DNA of 59,240 nt from Octopus sinensis (taxonomy: Eukaryota): NCBI RefSeq assembly GCF_006345805.1, contig NW_021832547.1, positions 1-59,240 on the forward strand. Reading direction: 5' to 3'. How positions within the stretch are numbered: the first letter of the stretch is position 1; each line of letters starts with the position of its first letter. The notes below the pieces were generated by a model. The model did no database searches. It was not told where the DNA came from and saw nothing but the letters and a program-made list of their open reading frames with translations. Shown here piece after piece: positions 27,068 to 39,127 of this stretch. The translations under genes and the position numbers were made by a program.

Positions 27068-27485
27068 TGTAACGTGAAAGGATCTATCATCGAAGCACTG
27101 GCAGGGTGTCGAGATCCTTTCTAGTCACATACAAAAATTCTTGTAGAAAACAAACAGACGAAACTCAGGTTAAAGGTGAACAGACAACTTGGTTTATTGA
27201 TTCATGGTTGTACGTTGTCTGATGGGGGAATAGACAGCCTCTGATATACTGCTGGTGTTGGTCGTTGAGGTTGGTTGAAGTTGGTTGAAGTTGGTGTGTG
27301 GCTGTCAGAGCCAGGAAAACCGTGACCGATCGCAGTGCTGTCTTGAGCCGAAGAGAGCGATTTGAGGTTCGCGGGCTCGAGAGATGTTTTCCCGCACATG
27401 CGCATGGGGAAGACTTCCGGTGGCCACCCGGAAGTAGTCCCATTCTGCGCATGCGCGCCGAACCCTACACTGTAGCATCACTACA
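27068..27485 (-). repeat. 3' LTR
   Basis: Identical by eye to 31964-32381; PPT GGAGGGGAGCCC at 27486-27497 (minus). Confidence 0.96.
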
Positions 27486-27614
27486 GGGCTCCCCTCCGAG
27501 TGCGAAGTACGGCAACCAGAATATTGTGGTGGTGCTGCAGAAAACAGAAGGCTTGCCGATCCCCCAGAAGACTTGGTACATACTATTATACAATAATAAA
27601 CATTTTAAAGAAAG

Positions 27615-28725
27615 TTAAATGTAAATTGTTTTTGAAAGTTTCTTGGGCCAATGCACTGTTCTGCCCGATTTTGTAACATACGGTGTGCTCGGGGCACCCG
27701 TTGACGGCGAGGGTGGTGTTGTAGGAGCCGGTGAAGGTGTTTGTGCAGGTGAAGGCGTTTGTGCAGGTGAAGGCGTTTGTGCAGGTGAAGGCGTTTGTGC
27801 AGGTGAAAGTGTTGTTAAAGGTGCATAGGTGGGTGTGTCAAGGTTGTCATCAAAAGATGAAGACGTCTCAAAATGTGCCTTTTTTAAACGGTCCACGGAA
27901 ACGGTCTCCGAACGACCATTTATCTCAATCGTGAAAACCTTTGGTGTGCGAGAAAGCACACGAAAAGGTCCTTTATAGGGAGAAACAAGTGGGCCCTTCA
28001 CAGAATCGTCCCGAACAAAAACATGCGACCAGGTGTTCATATCCGGTGGAAGATGGGACGGTGGAGATTGCTTTCTGGGAAGCATGGGCGGAAGGTTTGA
28101 AAAATATTCCCGCAGTCTGGTGACATAGGTCGCCGGATCATGGGGCGGGGAAGTGTCTGGCACCAACATCGTACCGGGCAATGCCAGTGTGGTACCATAC
28201 AGCAGCTCTGCAGCAGAAAACCCCAGGTCTGCCTTGACAGCAGTCCGACAGCCGAGAAGCACAATGGGCAGAAATTCGATCCAGGACTGTGGGTCCGAAG
28301 AGGCACGAAGAGCGGCCTTGAGCTGTCTATGGAACCGCTCAACCAATCCATTAGACGCTGGATGGTAGCTTGTGGTGTGGATATGGTGCATACCCAAAAT
28401 TCGCGACAATTCGCGAAATAGCGAGGCCTCAAACTGTCGTCCACGATCAGTTGTCAATCGGGACGGGACTCCGAAGCGAGAAATCCAGTTTGAAACGAAA
28501 GCTCGCGCAACAGTCTCAGCAGAAATGTCTGCTATCGGAATGGCTTCTGGCCAGCGGGAGAAACGATCGACACAAGTTAATAGATAAGAGAACCCGCGAC
28601 TCACAGGCCATGGTCCAACCAGATCGATGTGGACATGGCGAAAACGGGCCTCCGTGGGGGGAAATTGTCCAAGCGGGGCACGAACGTGCCGTTGAATTTT
28701 GGATCGTTGACACTTGGAGCAGTTG
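27615..28725 (-). CDS. Gypsy integrase, separated from pol by one frameshift
   Basis: HIDLVGP...[38 protein letters not shown]-like YKGPF and C-terminal YVTKSGRTV. Confidence 0.9.
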
Positions 28726-30860
28726 TGTCCAAGAGGTAATTGTGCGACGCATATTCGGCCAGAAAAACCGAGCAGTGATTAGTTTGAGGGTGGCAGCGAT
28801 GCCAGGATGTGATAAGGAGTGCAGTGCTTCAAACACTGAGCGTTGATGGGTCTCAGGCACCAGTGGCCTGGGAGATCCAGTTGAAGTGTCACAAAGAATG
28901 GTGCCTTCGGCTGACGGAAGCGGAAGGTAGGAAAACTGGCAACAGGAGAACTTGGGAGAAGTTAAATCTAACGACGCCAAAGGTGGCTGCTCCTGCGATA
29001 TGGCAGCTAAGTCGATAGCAGCAGGAGACGAAAGGGCGCAAACTGGAAGGCGAGAGAGAGCGTCAGCAGGAACGTTCTCTTTTCCAGGTATGTGTCGAAT
29101 GTTGCTAGTAAATTGAGAGATAAAATCCAGGTGCCGAAAAGCACGGGGTGAGAGTTTGTCCGTTTTTGAAAACAGGGCAAACGTAAGGGGCTTGTGATCC
29201 GTATAGATCACAAAATCTCGCCCTTCAAGTTGATGCTGGAAATGACGAACCGATAGATAGATCGCTAGGAGCTCACGATCAAAGGTGCTGTATCGTCGTT
29301 CAGCTGGTTGCAGTTGACGGGAAAAGAAGGCTAGAGGTCGAACATGGTCATCCACTGTGTGTTGTAACACAGCGCCAATCGCAGTGTCCGATGCGTCCAC
29401 AGTTAAAGAGAGAGAAGCACCAGGAACTGGATGTGCAAGCAAAGAAACAGAAGCCAGCTCCTTCTTAATGGACTCAAAGGCTGTCACTGCCTCAACAGAG
29501 AGGGTGACTTGACTGTCCTTTCTAGGAGAGTCCTTTAACAGCCTGGTGAGAGGTAGCAGCTTATCTGCACAACCGGGAATGAAGCGTCGGTAGAAATTGA
29601 CCATCCCTAGATAATGCCTGAGCTGGCGCAAGGAAGTGGGGGGTGCGATGCGTTGAATGGCATCGACTTTTGACGAGAGGGGGCTGATTCCAGTCGAATC
29701 AATATGATGCCCTAGAAAATCTAGGGAAGAGCGTCCGAAAACACACTTGTCGGGGTTTATGCGTATGCTATACGCGCGAAGACGCTGGAAGAGTTGAGAA
29801 AGGTGCCGGAGATGATTTTCTCGTGTGTCGCTCGCAATGAGTATGTCATCGACATAGGCAAACACAAAATCAAGACCGCGGACAACCTCATCAATGAAAC
29901 GCTGGAAGGTGCTAGTAGCATTCCGCAAACCGAAACTCATGTACAAAAACTCAAAACACCCAAACGGGGTAGTGATTGCAGTTTTTGGAACGTCGGCTGG
30001 GTTGACCGGTATTTGGTGGTAAGCGCGTATCAGATCGACCTTCGAAAAAATGGTACAACCATGGAGATTTGCTGTAAAGTCCCGGAGATTTCTAATCGGA
30101 TAGCGATCGGCTATTGTGACGGCATTGAGGCGTCGATAGTCTCCAACCGGGCGAAAATCAGACTCGCCCTTTCGCGCCAAATGAAGGGGAGATGCCCATG
30201 GGCTGGTGGAGGGGCGTATAAGGCCAAGTTGAAGCATGTGCTCAAACTCGGCTCTGGCCGTTTTAAGTCGGTCTGGCGCTAGGCGCCGGGGGCGTGAGAA
30301 TACAGGTGGCCCATTGGTGGTGATGAAATGGAGGGTCGAGTGGGTAGGATTTTCCGGTTTAAAGGCAATGTCCACTAGCTCCGGAAATGAAATCAAAAGA
30401 GAGTGAAAAGGGTCTCCAGAGGTGGCAACAAAGAATGTCGGGCTAAGGACCGCAGTGGTGGAACTCCCAGTCGGTGTAGAGAGCGACGTCGTGCTATCAA
30501 GAAGCCTCCGACGCCTGACATCCACCAATAGGTTAAACCTATCCAGGAAATCAGCGCCGAGAATAGGGTGCGCGATGTCAGCGATGACGAAAACCCATCG
30601 AAAGTCTCGACGAAGGTTGAGGTCGAGGCGCAGCGAAATCTGACCGTAAGTGGTTATGGGAGACGAGTCAATAGCATGCAAGACAATCGAAGAGCGCTTG
30701 GGCTTGTCTGCAGCCAGACGAAGGGGCCAGATGCTGCAACAGGAGCCGGTGTCTACCATGAAGAATGTCTTCGACACCAGATCTTTTACATAGAATGCAC
30801 GATGTTTGGGAAACGAGATGGACGAAGGTGACGTGCTCACCTCCTCCGGATTTAGTTTTC
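28516..30860 (-). CDS. Gypsy pol (protease, RT, RNase H, integrase zinc-binding domain)
   Basis: [38 protein letters not shown]. Confidence 0.95.
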
Positions 30861-31589
30861 CGAGGGCTTGAAAGTGCACGGCTGGGTACACCGATCTGCC
30901 TTCTCGGCATATCTCGAATGGTACCAGCACCAGCCGGAACGAGAAACAGAGTCACTCCGACTGCGGGAAATAGAGCTACTGCGACTACGAGATTGGCGTC
31001 CGATCGCACGGCACAGATCATCGATCCTCCGCGTAAGCGCGTCGATGTTCTCGGCCAGTTTATCGTTCGTCGGAGGGGTCGGGGGGGGCTCTATACATGC
31101 GTACAGGCCCCGCGAGGGAGATGGGCGCGAAAACTCCAACACTTTGTCGGCCATCGTGGCGATCTGGTCCACAGACACAGCATCCAGTGCCGTGGCCAAC
31201 ATTGTCTGCACGTGGGCAGGCAGCCTTGAGAAAAATATCTTACGTAAGAGCGGCGCGTCAGCGGCGTTGCCGCTTAGCTCTCTTAGATGGCGCAGAAATT
31301 GGGATGGAGTTCTGTCCCCTAGCTGCTCGTCGGCCATCAGTTCATTGAACTGACTTTCCTCTGAGCGCGTGTTGCGACGGAGGATCTCCGCCTTTACTGA
31401 CGCATATGTGGCGTCAGGATGGGGACTCACAATGAGATCCCTGACCGATGTTGCGAGCCGGGAGGGCAAACTTGAAAACAGTAGATGCAACTGCTGTTGT
31501 GGCGGAATGGTATGCGCGGCAAAGTGCGATTCCACCTGTGCAAACCACAGCCCCGCATCCCCCGTAAATGAAGGCAAACCTGAAGCCAT
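30852..31589 (-). CDS. Gypsy gag
   Basis: ATG at 31589: MASGLPSFTGDAGLWFAQVESHF...LGDRTPSQFLRHL...CWYHSRYAEKADRCTQPC*. Confidence 0.9.
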   Translation of the reverse strand: MASGLPSFTGDAGLWFAQVESHFAAHTIPPQQQLHLLFSSLPSRLATSVRDLIVSPHPDATYASVKAEILRRNTRSEESQFNELMADEQLGDRTPSQFLRHLRELSGNAADAPLLRKIFFSRLPAHVQTMLATALDAVSVDQIATMADKVLEFSRPSPSRGLYACIEPPPTPPTNDKLAENIDALTRRIDDLCRAIGRQSRSRSSSISRSRSDSVSRSGWCWYHSRYAEKADRCTQPCTFKPSEN

Positions 31590-31951
31590 GCCTTGTCGGA
31601 AGGAGTCTGTGAGAAGGAGGCAGAAGGTATGGTCAAGAAACGGAGAGAGAACACGTGGAACCGAGAAGGCAATTGAAAATTGTGTTTGTGTGTGCACCTC
31701 GTGGGTAGCAAAAAAAAAAGGAATAAGTGTGTACAAGGAAAACAAAATACAGAAAAGGAAAAAAATGAACGTGTGTGTGTTTTCTTTTTTTTTTTTTTTT
31801 TGTACTGTGTGCGATGAATAAGGCTATTTTACCCACCTCGCCGTGCTGAAAAGGAGAAAATAGGAAAATAAATGTGAATTTCCGCGCTCTTCGGCCCCCA
31901 AAAAAAACCTGTTCGCTGTGTCTTCTTCTATCCTGTTCTTTTTCTCAACTA

Positions 31952-31961
31952 GGGGTCACCA
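31952..31961 (-). promoter_or_regulatory. Primer-binding site complementary to tRNA-Trp
   Basis: TGGTGACCCC two bases after the 5' LTR matches the 3' end ...GGGGTCACCA of metazoan tRNA-Trp (10-nt match). Confidence 0.75.
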
Positions 31962-31963
31962 AT

Positions 31964-32381
31964 TGTAACGTGAAAGGATCTATCATCGAAGCACTGGCAG
32001 GGTGTCGAGATCCTTTCTAGTCACATACAAAAATTCTTGTAGAAAACAAACAGACGAAACTCAGGTTAAAGGTGAACAGACAACTTGGTTTATTGATTCA
32101 TGGTTGTACGTTGTCTGATGGGGGAATAGACAGCCTCTGATATACTGCTGGTGTTGGTCGTTGAGGTTGGTTGAAGTTGGTTGAAGTTGGTGTGTGGCTG
32201 TCAGAGCCAGGAAAACCGTGACCGATCGCAGTGCTGTCTTGAGCCGAAGAGAGCGATTTGAGGTTCGCGGGCTCGAGAGATGTTTTCCCGCACATGCGCA
32301 TGGGGAAGACTTCCGGTGGCCACCCGGAAGTAGTCCCATTCTGCGCATGCGCGCCGAACCCTACACTGTAGCATCACTACA
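31964..32381 (-). repeat. 5' LTR
   Basis: TGTAG...TTACA on the minus strand; contains the palindromic double ETS motif ACTTCCGG-TGGCCAC-CCGGAAGT. Confidence 0.96.
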
Positions 32382-33290
32382 GGTATCTTTGGGGAAAGGA
32401 ATAGCGACGAAGGAACAACAGGTTTTAAGTTAGTACGTAGGGAATTTTCTGCAACAGAAATTACTGAACATCTAGAAGCTTCGGGGGTTCGAGAAGAATG
32501 TAATATAAATAAGAGAGAGAGAAAATATTTCGTAGGGGATTTAGGGTATCTTTGGGGAAAGGAATAACGACGAAGGAACAACAGGTTTTAAGTTAGTACG
32601 TAGGGAATTTTCTGCAACAGAAATTACTGAACATCTAGAAGCTTCGGGGGTTCGAGAAGAATGTAATATAAATAAGAGAGAGAGAAAATATTTCGTAGGG
32701 GATTTAGGGTATCTTTGGGGAAAGGAATAACGACGAAGGAACAACAGTTTTAAGTTAGTACGTAGGAATTTTCTGCAACAGAATTACTGAACATCTAGAA
32801 GCTTCGGGGGTTCGAGAAGAATGTAATATAAATAAGAGAGAGAGAAAATATTTCGTAGGGGATTTAGGGTATCTTTGGGGAAAGGAATAACGACGAAGGA
32901 ACAACAGGTTTTAAGTTAGTACGTAGGGAATTTTCTGCAACAGAAATTACTGAACATCTAGAAGCTTCGGGGGTTCGAGAAGAATGTAATATAAATAAGA
33001 GAGAGAGAAAATATTTCGTAGGGGATTTAGGGTATCTTTGGGGAAAGGAATAACGACGAAGGAACAACAGGTTTTAAGTTAATACGTAGGGAATTTTCTG
33101 CAACAGAAATTACTGAACATCTAGAAGCTTCGGGGGTTCGAGAAGAATGTAATATAAATAAGAGAGAGAGAAAATATTTCGTAGGGGATTTAGGGTATCT
33201 TTGGGGAAAGGAATAACGACGAAGGAACAACAGGTTTTAAGTTAATACGTAGGGAATTTTCTGCAACAGAAATTACTGAACATCTAGGAA
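32382..33290. repeat. 163-bp tandem repeat, about 5.5 copies (another partial copy at 26935-27067, left of the LTR element)
   Basis: Unit GGTATCTTTGGGGAAAGG...GTAGGGGATTTAG; ORF-track offset 32864 to 33027 = 163. Confidence 0.96.
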
Positions 33291-33573
33291 CTTCGGGGTT
33301 CGATTAAAACATAATATAAATAGGAGAGAGAGAGAGAATATTGTAGTGAATTCTGGGGATGGAATAACAACGGGATGACACTGAAATTAAAGGAGGAATT
33401 TAAAATGCATGACAGACAGGAAGCCATGCATACAAGATGGCGAAACAAATAATAGAGAAACGGGATTTAGGGTTATGAATCAACGCTTAAAAAATGAATA
33501 TGAATGACAGGTTGTAAGTTAAATTCGCTTAGCTGGTCATTTTTCGAGTCAGTGTTTTGTCAGCAAGATGTAT
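33222..33573. repeat. 352-bp direct repeat, copy 2
   Basis: Matches 26463-26814 and ends at a short TA/TG tract. Confidence 0.95.
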
Positions 33574-33689
33574 ATGTATATATTGGTAAAAACGGTAAGA
33601 TAACAAAAGAAAGAGACCTCAATATTATGTAAATAGAGGAAATTTATCTATAAAATAATATGTTACAATTACTCAATAGTCAAGATAAG

Positions 33690-34433
33690 GACATTTTTAA
33701 TAGCGTTGCCCCAGTTTATAATAAGGCTTTAAAAGATAGTGGTTTTAGTGAAAAAATAAAATATACACCTATTACTAGCCCAACAGTAAAGAAGAGGAAA
33801 AATAGAAATAGGAAGATCATCTGGTTTACACCCCCTTACTCATCCGAGGTGACCTTCAATATAGGTAAATATTTCTTAACACTGATAGATAGACATTTTC
33901 CAGTTAACCATACTTATAGGAAACTCTTCAATAAACACAATTTAAAAATTAGCTTTAGTTCAACTACCAATTTTAAAAATATAATCACACATAACACACA
34001 AAAACCACAGGAAAACAGCTGCTCATGCAGGAATAAAAAATTGTGCCCGCTAAATGGAGCTTGCATGTCCGAAACCATCATCTATGAAGCTATCGTAGAC
34101 TCTATAACCACTAAAGACACCGTTTCGACGAAGAAATACGTGGGCCTTACAGAGGGTAATTTCAAGGCCAGGTTCAATAACCACACCTTGAATTTTAGGC
34201 ACTGGAACAAAAGAAAAGCGACAAAATTATCTAATCATATTTGGTTTTTAAAAGATAAAGGTGTCAGTTATAACATCCATTGGAAAATTTTGGCCAAATG
34301 TAAGCCCTACACCAACGGCAGCGGAAAGTGCAGTCTATGTGACATGGAGAGATGGCTTATCTGGAAAAGCAGCTTAGACCCTACTACATGTCTAAACTCA
34401 AGGACAGAACTTTTTGGACATGCCCAAATGTGA
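33690..34433 (+). pseudogene. Penelope-like (Neptune-type) RT thumb/linker plus GIY-YIG endonuclease
   Basis: RKIIWFTPPYS, CSCRNKKLCPLNGAC, IIYEA...YVGLTEGNFKARFNNH, LSNHIW, CSLC, LNSRTEL. Confidence 0.88.
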
Positions 34434-35233
34434 CAAAATTTTTGTTACGTTTTTGGTCCCCTAAAGAAAACAGATAGAACTTGCTTTCTATATTATGTCC
34501 AAGAAAGTTTTTTATCTCATTATACCTTTTATTATTTCATATATTTTTATATTTTCACACATAATAATTTTTTCTGTACTCTTCCATCCTGCATTTTTTC
34601 CTGTGCCTATATAGACATGTATATAGATTCATTTGTACACATGTGTGAATATGTATGAGTGGGCAGTTTTAGGTGTGTGCGAGCATAAGAATAAATATAT
34701 ATATATATATATAGACGTTTTTATTTAGTATTTTTACAATTTTTTAAGGTTTTTTTGGGGCATATGTATATTCATTTTTTGTGTGTGCGTGTGTGTGTAT
34801 GTGTATATAAACATGTGCGGGTATGTACATATATGGGCGTGTGTGTGTATGAGTGCATAAGGGCATGTCCGTATATGAATGTGGTTTTTATGCTTTGTAT
34901 ACTTCCTTATGTTTTTTCTGTTACCTTTAACCATGTTTTTTCTTGTGCATATATAGACGTATGTATGAACTTTTACGATACGCGAGTGTGTGTATGAGTT
35001 TGTATATATATGCGTATACATTTGGCGAAAAATGCGAGTGAAGATGTGTATGTTTTCATAGTGATGTATAAGTACGCATGTGGGTCCGCGAGCGCACATG
35101 TGAGCATATGAGTAGCCATGTTTACGTATTTACTATGAACTTTTAACCTTAATTTATATAAGTAGCAGAATTATAACACAGTAATTTTCCCTTTATATAA
35201 CGGTATTTTTTCATAGTGTTTTTCAGATGGCCA

Positions 35234-35294
35234 GATAACCGAAGAGATGGTGTTGTGGATTTCCACTTCAGCATCTGAAACTCAGAGTTTTATC
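35234..35294 (+). ncRNA. Degenerate type I hammerhead ribozyme
   Basis: Stem I GATAA/TTATC; core CCGAAGA (U4C); stem II GATG...CATC; GAAA; stem III CT/AG; triplet GTT. Confidence 0.55.
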
Positions 35295-35417
35295 TTGACT
35301 ATTGAGTAATTGTAACATATTATTTTATAGATATATACATATATATATGTGTGTATACATACATATATATATATATACATATACCCATATACATACACAT
35401 ATACTTACCCTTAGACA

Positions 35418-35471
<54 letters not shown>

Positions 35472-35700
35472 GACCATACATACATATACACACATATATA
35501 CATATACACACACACATAAGCAACATTGGAACCCACACACAAGGTACAGGAAGCCTGTATAGATATACACCATTCTGCTTGAATACTGGAACTGTAGATA
35601 CAATATCCTTATGTATCTCACGTCTGTTTTCATCCCTCAACTTCAATCTGTATTTCATATCTTCTCTATAATAACTATTGCTTAACTATTTTCTCGCACC

Positions 35701-35749
35701 GTCCCTAATGAAGGAATATATAAAATATCCCGGAAACAGCTGTAAGACC
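35701..35749 (+). ncRNA. Degenerate minimal hammerhead (Penelope pLTR relic)
   Basis: CTAATGA (from CTGATGA), stem II with ATAT/ATAT, GAAAC-AGCT-GTA with a palindromic loop, and AGAC pairing imperfectly with GTCC. Confidence 0.5.
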
Positions 35750-36183
35750 TTCTCTTTATAACTGTTCTGAAATCTTTCACAGGCTTGGATTTCTTATCTC
35801 ATTCTGTTAATTTTTATATATATGCATGCTAATATATGACCTACATTGGACCCCTCATTCGTATCATCAGACATATATACATACATACACACGGCCTTAT
35901 ATATATAAATATACGTACTCATACACAGCTACCTATAGCACTTACCTGATACCTTTAGGTTTTCTTCACACCATTACCTCTCATATACACACACACATAT
36001 ACAAATGGGTATACATAGTAATGCACCCACATGGCTGCCCATAATGTGTACATACAAGTAGATATAGTGTATTTATCATGTATAATTGGTATTTGGGCTT
36101 GATGTTTGCATTTGGGGCATTTATATTGATATTCCTTTGATTTAAAGTATCTGTAGACTCATTTTCTTATGGCTATATAAAAT

Positions 36184-38054
36184 GCCTTTGACAGGGTTCC
36201 CCGATCCCTTATCTGGTGGTCGATGCGGAAACTGGAGATTGACGAATGGCTAATAAGGGCTGTACAGGCTCTATACAGAGAGGCTGTCAGCAAGGTTAGG
36301 ATTGGCAACGAATATAGTGAAGAATTCCGGGTAGAAGTAGGTGTACACCAGGGCTCAGCCCTCAGTCCCCTTCTATTCATCATAGTCCTCCAGGCAATAA
36401 CAGAGGAATTCAAAACAGGTTGCCCCTGGGAGCTCCTCTATGCTGATGACCTGGCCCTCATAGCAGAATCACTACCGGAACTAAAAAATGAAATTTCAGG
36501 TGTGGAAACAAGGGTTAGAATCAAAGGGCCTTAGAGTAAATGTAGCGAAGACCAAAGTTATAGTAAGCAGAAAGGCGAACTCAGCACACACCCCATCGGG
36601 CAAGTGGCCCTGCTCGAGCGGTAGGAAAGGTGTAGGTAGAAACTCCATAAGATGCACCCAGTGTAAGCTATGGACGCATAAGAGGTGCAGCAACATCAAA
36701 GGGAAATTAACTGATAAGATAGCTTTCATGTGCGGCAGATGCACAGGGACAATAGACACCACAAATACTCAGAAAACAGATTCCATCACACTCCAGGGGG
36801 AGAAACTAGAAGTAGTTGATAGTTTCCGCTACCTGGCTGACTAAGTTAGTAGTGGGGGTGGATGCTCAGAGAGTGTCACCACTAGAATAAGAATAGCCTG
36901 GACAAAGTTTAGAAAGCTCCTACCCCTACTGGCGACAAAGGGTCTCTCACTCAGAGTGAAAGGTAGACTGTATGATGCATGTGTGCGAACTGCCATGCTT
37001 CACGGCAGTGAAACATGGGCCGTGACTGCAGAGGACATGCGTAGACTTGAAAGAAATGAAGCTAGCATGATCCGCTGGATGTGTAATGTCAGTGTGAATG
37101 CACGACAGAGTGTAAGCACCCTGAGAGAAATGCTAGGCATAAGAAGCATCAGATGCAGTGTGCAAGAGCGACGCTTGCGATGGTATGGTCATGTACTGCG
37201 GATGGATGAGGAGAAATGTGTGAAGAAGTGCCACTCCCGAACAGTTGAAGGAATCAGGGGGAGAGGTAGACCCAGGAAGACATGGGATGAGGTAGTCAAG
37301 CAAGACCTCAGAGCGTTGGGCCTTACTGAGGCAATGGTGAAGGACCGAGAACTCTGGAGATGTGCTGTGACTACTAAGACCCGGGATGCTTCCGGCACCA
37401 GTTCCGCATAGCCCCTGCCCATTCAAAGTACCTTGGATCCCAGAACATCTCGCTGTGCTTGAGACCTGTTGAGTCAAGTGCATGTACATGAACATCGAAC
37501 CAAATATCAATGGAAACAGTAGTTGTGATACCTGTGCCGGTGGCACATAAAAAGCACCATCCGAACGTGGCCGTTGCTAGTGCCGCCTCGACTGGCTTCT
37601 GTGCCGGTGGCACATAAAAAGCACCATCCGAACGTGACCAATGCCAACCCCGCCCGAATGGCTTCTGTGCCGGTGGCACATAAAAAGCACCAACCGAACG
37701 TGGCCGATGGCAGCCCAGCCTCGACTGGCTTCTGTGCTGGTGGCACATAAAAAGCACAACCGAACGTGGCCGATGCCAGCACCGCCTCGACTGGCTTCTG
37801 TGCCGGTGGCACATAAAAAGCACCAACCGATCGTGGCCGATGCCAGACCCCTCTGGCACCTGTGCAGGTGGCACGTAAAAAGCACCCACTACACTCGCGG
37901 AGTGGTTGGCGTTAGGAAGGGCATCCAGCTGAAGAAACACTGCCAGATCAGACTGGAGCCTGGAGCAGCCCCTGGCTCCCCAGACCCCAGTCGAACCGTC
38001 CAACCCGTGCTAGCGCGGAAAACGGACGTTAAACGATGATGATGATGATGATGA
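36184..38054 (+). mobile_element. RTE-clade LINE copy 3, 5'-truncated within RT
   Basis: AFDRVP...YADD...PHD-like finger...GRPRKTW; about 60-bp 3' UTR repeats at 37534-37870; (TGA)n tail. Confidence 0.93.
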
Positions 38055-38106
38055 TATAGAGTTGGCTTCGTTTTCCATTTTGTTTCTATGTATCGATATG
38101 TATATA

Positions 38107-38921
38107 TTAGCTGACGTACCCGGGAATCCCCAGGAAAGCGGGGCTTATTCCTTGGTTCCGTTATCATAACTGTTTTGCTAATCCAATAACAACAATACAA
38201 AGTACGTAGCCCTTAAAACAATTTTTGTGCATTTACAGAGAATACCGAGCTGTCTGATACAGGATCTTGTTTTTAGGTATTTCCAATAAGTTATGACTAC
38301 CCAAACTGTGAAATCAATTATGTAATAACATGAAATTAGTTACCCAATAGTAAGAATTCAAATAAAGTAGCCCCGAAAAGGGCTTTATTGCATTCCCAGA
38401 GTATACAGAATACTAATGAGGTATGTATATTAAAATTGTGAAGCATGTTACATAATAACAGGCTAATCAGATATGAGATAATAACACTTCAAAGTAAATA
38501 AATCATTAACCGAAATAAGTGGATTTATTGTTTAGGAAAATACTATTTACTTGTTTAAGGGTTGTACTGGATAAATTGCGAAAATTACTCTAACAGTTCA
38601 AATACTAAGAAATACACATACTCAATTTGATTTACATGAAATGGTTTAGGAAAATGATGGGGTTATTCCCCTTGGCTGTTAAAATCTGAGCAAATGGATT
38701 ATTTCCCTTGACTGTAAAAATGAAATATATTAGATATATATAAGGATTCTTTCCAGGGGCGCTATTATCGATTTTTTTCAACCGAGTATACCATGCAGTT
38801 TCCAGACATGTGTTCTAATCACGGGTCACGTTTCATCAAAATCTATAAAACCATGAAGGAGCAGTTAGCTAACAATTCCACAAACACATCCACAGACAGA
38901 AGTTCCCATATATGTAGTAGA
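38107..38921 (-). mobile_element. Non-autonomous Helitron (H6) with a CTAA 3' end
   Basis: Minus 5' A|TCTACTACATATATGGG; 3' hairpin CCTGGG-GATT-CCCGGG then CTAA|T. Confidence 0.7.
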
Positions 38922-39007
38922 TATCTGAGTGAATGAATAATGTGCTACATATGAGGATCTAACATATTTATACATTATTTACAATTGATGGATATTTGTC
39001 CTCGTCT

Positions 39008-39127
39008 TGTTTGTTGTTAACACAACATTTCAGCTGATATACCCTCCAGCCTTCATCATGTATCTTAGGAAAACAACAGGCCAGGCTGGAGGGTATATCA
39101 GCTGAAACGTTGTGTTAACAACAAACA
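39008..39127. repeat. 45-bp-arm inverted repeat with a hammerhead relic (Penelope-like)
   Basis: Arms 39008-39052 and 39083-39127 with one mismatch; minus strand reads ATGATGA-AGGCTG...CAGCT-GAAA. Confidence 0.75.

Larger units (their letters stand above)
27068..32381 (-). mobile_element. Full-length Ty3/gypsy LTR retrotransposon
   Basis: 418-bp LTRs (TG...CA) at 27068-27485 and 31964-32381; TSD GGTA (27064-27067 and 32382-32385); PBS and PPT present; gag-PR-RT-RH-IN order. Confidence 0.97.
33581..35332 (+). mobile_element. 5'-truncated Penelope-like element with an inverted terminal segment
   Basis: GIY-YIG ORF; 33646-33688 is the reverse complement of 35290-35332; hammerhead-like fold at 35234-35294. 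Confidence 0.85.

Noticed and set aside
27165-32433. Antisense and LTR ORFs in the gypsy element (for example 28370-28846, 29794-30282, 30765-31821)
   Set aside because: Shadow frames of gag/pol or LTR sequence with no recognisable motifs; no env-like ORF seen.
33660-33689. ATG start and first ten residues (MLQLLNSQDK) of the GIY-YIG ORF
   Set aside because: They derive from the inverted terminal segment, so the start is artificial and the ORF is a truncated remnant.
35470-35700. Possible second GIY-YIG fragment before the 35701 hammerhead relic
   Set aside because: No convincing motif in the forward frames I translated.
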